Positions 15,113 through 16,460 of a stretch of 16,460 bases of DNA are shown here, one piece after another. The stretch's first letter is position 1; every line of letters starts with the position of its first letter. The stretch spans positions 1-16,460 of the forward strand of contig JBDRFE010000063.1 of assembly GCA_043819075.1 (NCBI GenBank), in the 5' to 3' direction. The notes beneath the pieces are model-generated. The model was not told the DNA's origin. It searched no databases and was given only the letters and a program-made list of their open reading frames with translations. The translations under genes and the position numbers were made by a program. This DNA is from an archaeon. Lineage in GTDB: Archaea; Iainarchaeota; Iainarchaeia; Iainarchaeales; 1-14-0-10-31-34.

Positions 15113-16384
15113 TCAGAACTCTGAAAGTTTTTTCTGCCTTGAAGCAAAAACTTTTTTTTCTTTTTGTTCTAACTCGAATTTTTTTTTCTCAAATTCTTTT
15201 TCATTCCTGCAGATAATCGGCTTTCCATATTTTCCTCCCCCGCCTTCTTCAAACAACACCAAGCCTTTCCTGAAGCATTCAATGCTTTCAGCAATGTCTT
15301 TGTCAACTTCAGTTAAGTTTTCAATCGGCTCATCAACCAAAACATTTATTTCTGAATCAAATCTTTCAACGAATTTTTTCCACAACAACTGAATTTTAGG
15401 AGAAGTAATCAGCTTGATTTTCACTGAATGCTGGATTATTTCCTGCAACGGAAGCAAATGCAAATAATCCGGCCTGAAATCAGGCTTTAAGTTTTTTTTG
15501 TCTGAAAGCATTTCAATTCTTTCAATGACTCCGCGCTTGATTTCTTTTCCGCATTCAGTGCACTTCCATTTAATTCCTTCGGCTTCCTGCAAAGAATACT
15601 TTGAATAACATGAACTGCATGCAGTTTTATGGTATTTGCCTTCTTTTGGATTCAAGCCGGCATTCAATACAATTCTTTTCTCTTCTTTTTCTTCCAAGGC
15701 TTTTTTTAGTTCCTTAAAAGAAGGTTCCTTTAATTTAATCCTATTAAACTCTCTTCCCAAGCGAAAAGGCCAAGGCGAATGTGAATCAGAATTTGAAAGA
15801 AAAATGTATTCCCTGTTTTCTGGAATTTTGTCTGCAAGAAAGGAATCAGCGCTTAACCCTAATTCAATAAAAGAAATTTTTTTGCCTTGTTCCCCATAAG
15901 CTTTTTTCACTGAATCAAAGTAAGCGTAAACTCCAAAATATGGAGTAAAAGCATGAGCCGGTCCAATCAATCCTTTTGCGTCAAAAACTATTTCAGCAAT
16001 TTTTTCGGCATTTAATTTTAATCTTGGCCTTCCGCCCATAACAGAATCAAGTTCTCTAGTGTAATTTGAAAACTTTTTTCTGACTTCTTCTATTGCATTA
16101 AAATCCGGCAAAAAAATTATGTGATGCACTCTGTCAGAGCACTGCACTTCGGTTCCCAAAACAAAAAAAACGTTTTTTTCTTTTGATTTAAACAAGCCGT
16201 TTTCTTCTTCAGTTAAATTCTGTTTCAAGTGTTTTATCCAGGGCCCATTAAGGCAGTCAGCTGAGCTCAATAAATGCAGTCCTTTTAGTTCAGCCTGTTC
16301 TGCTATAATTGGAATCAGCATGTTCTTGCTTACCCCTCCAGAGAAAGGGCTATGGTAATGCAAATCAGAGTCAAATTCCTGCAT
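15113..16384 (-). CDS. Endonuclease Q family (PHP domain plus Zn finger, TIGR00375-like) with C-terminal PIP box
   Basis: 423 aa; DLHYHS, TEV, VHH, GRP, PAHAFTP, ELGLSAD, SNSDSHS, LGREFN, GKYH-x-TAC-x2-C...C-x2-C, GV-x-ERI, GGGGKYG; ends QKKLSEF. Confidence 0.88.
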   Translation of the reverse strand: MQEFDSDLHYHSPFSGGVSKNMLIPIIAEQAELKGLHLLSSADCLNGPWIKHLKQNLTEEENGLFKSKEKNVFFVLGTEVQCSDRVHHIIFLPDFNAIEEVRKKFSNYTRELDSVMGGRPRLKLNAEKIAEIVFDAKGLIGPAHAFTPYFGVYAYFDSVKKAYGEQGKKISFIELGLSADSFLADKIPENREYIFLSNSDSHSPWPFRLGREFNRIKLKEPSFKELKKALEEKEEKRIVLNAGLNPKEGKYHKTACSSCYSKYSLQEAEGIKWKCTECGKEIKRGVIERIEMLSDKKNLKPDFRPDYLHLLPLQEIIQHSVKIKLITSPKIQLLWKKFVERFDSEINVLVDEPIENLTEVDKDIAESIECFRKGLVLFEEGGGGKYGKPIICRNEKEFEKKKFELEQKEKKVFASRQKKLSEF

Positions 16385-16420
16385 GAAATAAAAAAGAAAA
16401 GAAATGGTTTTAACACCGCC

Positions 16421-16448
16421 CTTTTTCTTTTTTCCGAAAAAGAAAAAG
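16421..16448. repeat. Perfect 12-bp inverted repeat CTTTTTCTTTTT-TCCG-AAAAAGAAAAAG
   Basis: Read directly; gives U-tracts on both strands upstream of the EndoQ gene. Confidence 0.6.
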
Positions 16449-16460
16449 TGCAGGTTGCCC

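Noticed and set aside
1155..15899. Shadow ORFs in the track (e.g. 1155-1454, 1806-2045, 2141-2410, 2719-2901, 4773-4961, 5630-6016, 6648-7193, 8564-8872, 9803-10339, 12217-12546, 12912-13265, 13748-14080, 15636-15899)
   Set aside because: They overlap well-supported genes, are mostly antisense with Phe/Ser-rich composition mirroring Lys/Glu codons, and show no recognisable motifs.

Overview
AT-rich archaeal chromosomal segment carrying a fragmented version of the conserved archaeal replication/translation gene cluster. The lineage is probably DPANN, most consistent with Diapherotrites/Micrarchaeota; that is an inference from gene content only. Gene order: SPFH 3' end; SpoIIM-like (-); csl4; rpoL; Sec11-type signal peptidase; PCNA-1; a cargo block (Ca2+/Na+ exchanger, two small membrane ORFs, CDF, cysteine hydrolase, flavin reductase, HAD, Lys/Arg-rich orphan); PCNA-2; RelE/DUF2683-type toxin-antitoxin (-); priL; a 39-aa acidic ORF missing from the ORF track; Yip1-like; priS; gins51; rps27e; aIF2-alpha; PAC2; EndoQ-family nuclease (-). 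The most notable points are: (1) two PCNA paralogues sharing a DPSQI signature, one lacking the canonical C-terminal LAPR of the PIP pocket; (2) an acidic, repeat-containing microprotein ending DDDSF between priL and priS; (3) a basic orphan with an internal 19-aa repeat just upstream of PCNA-2; (4) an extra C4 zinc ribbon nested in the PriS zinc motif; (5) absence of eL42 (L44e), Nop10 and TFS from their usual positions; (6) a TA module bracketed by related palindromes. All family calls come from motif recognition by eye; no searches were run.
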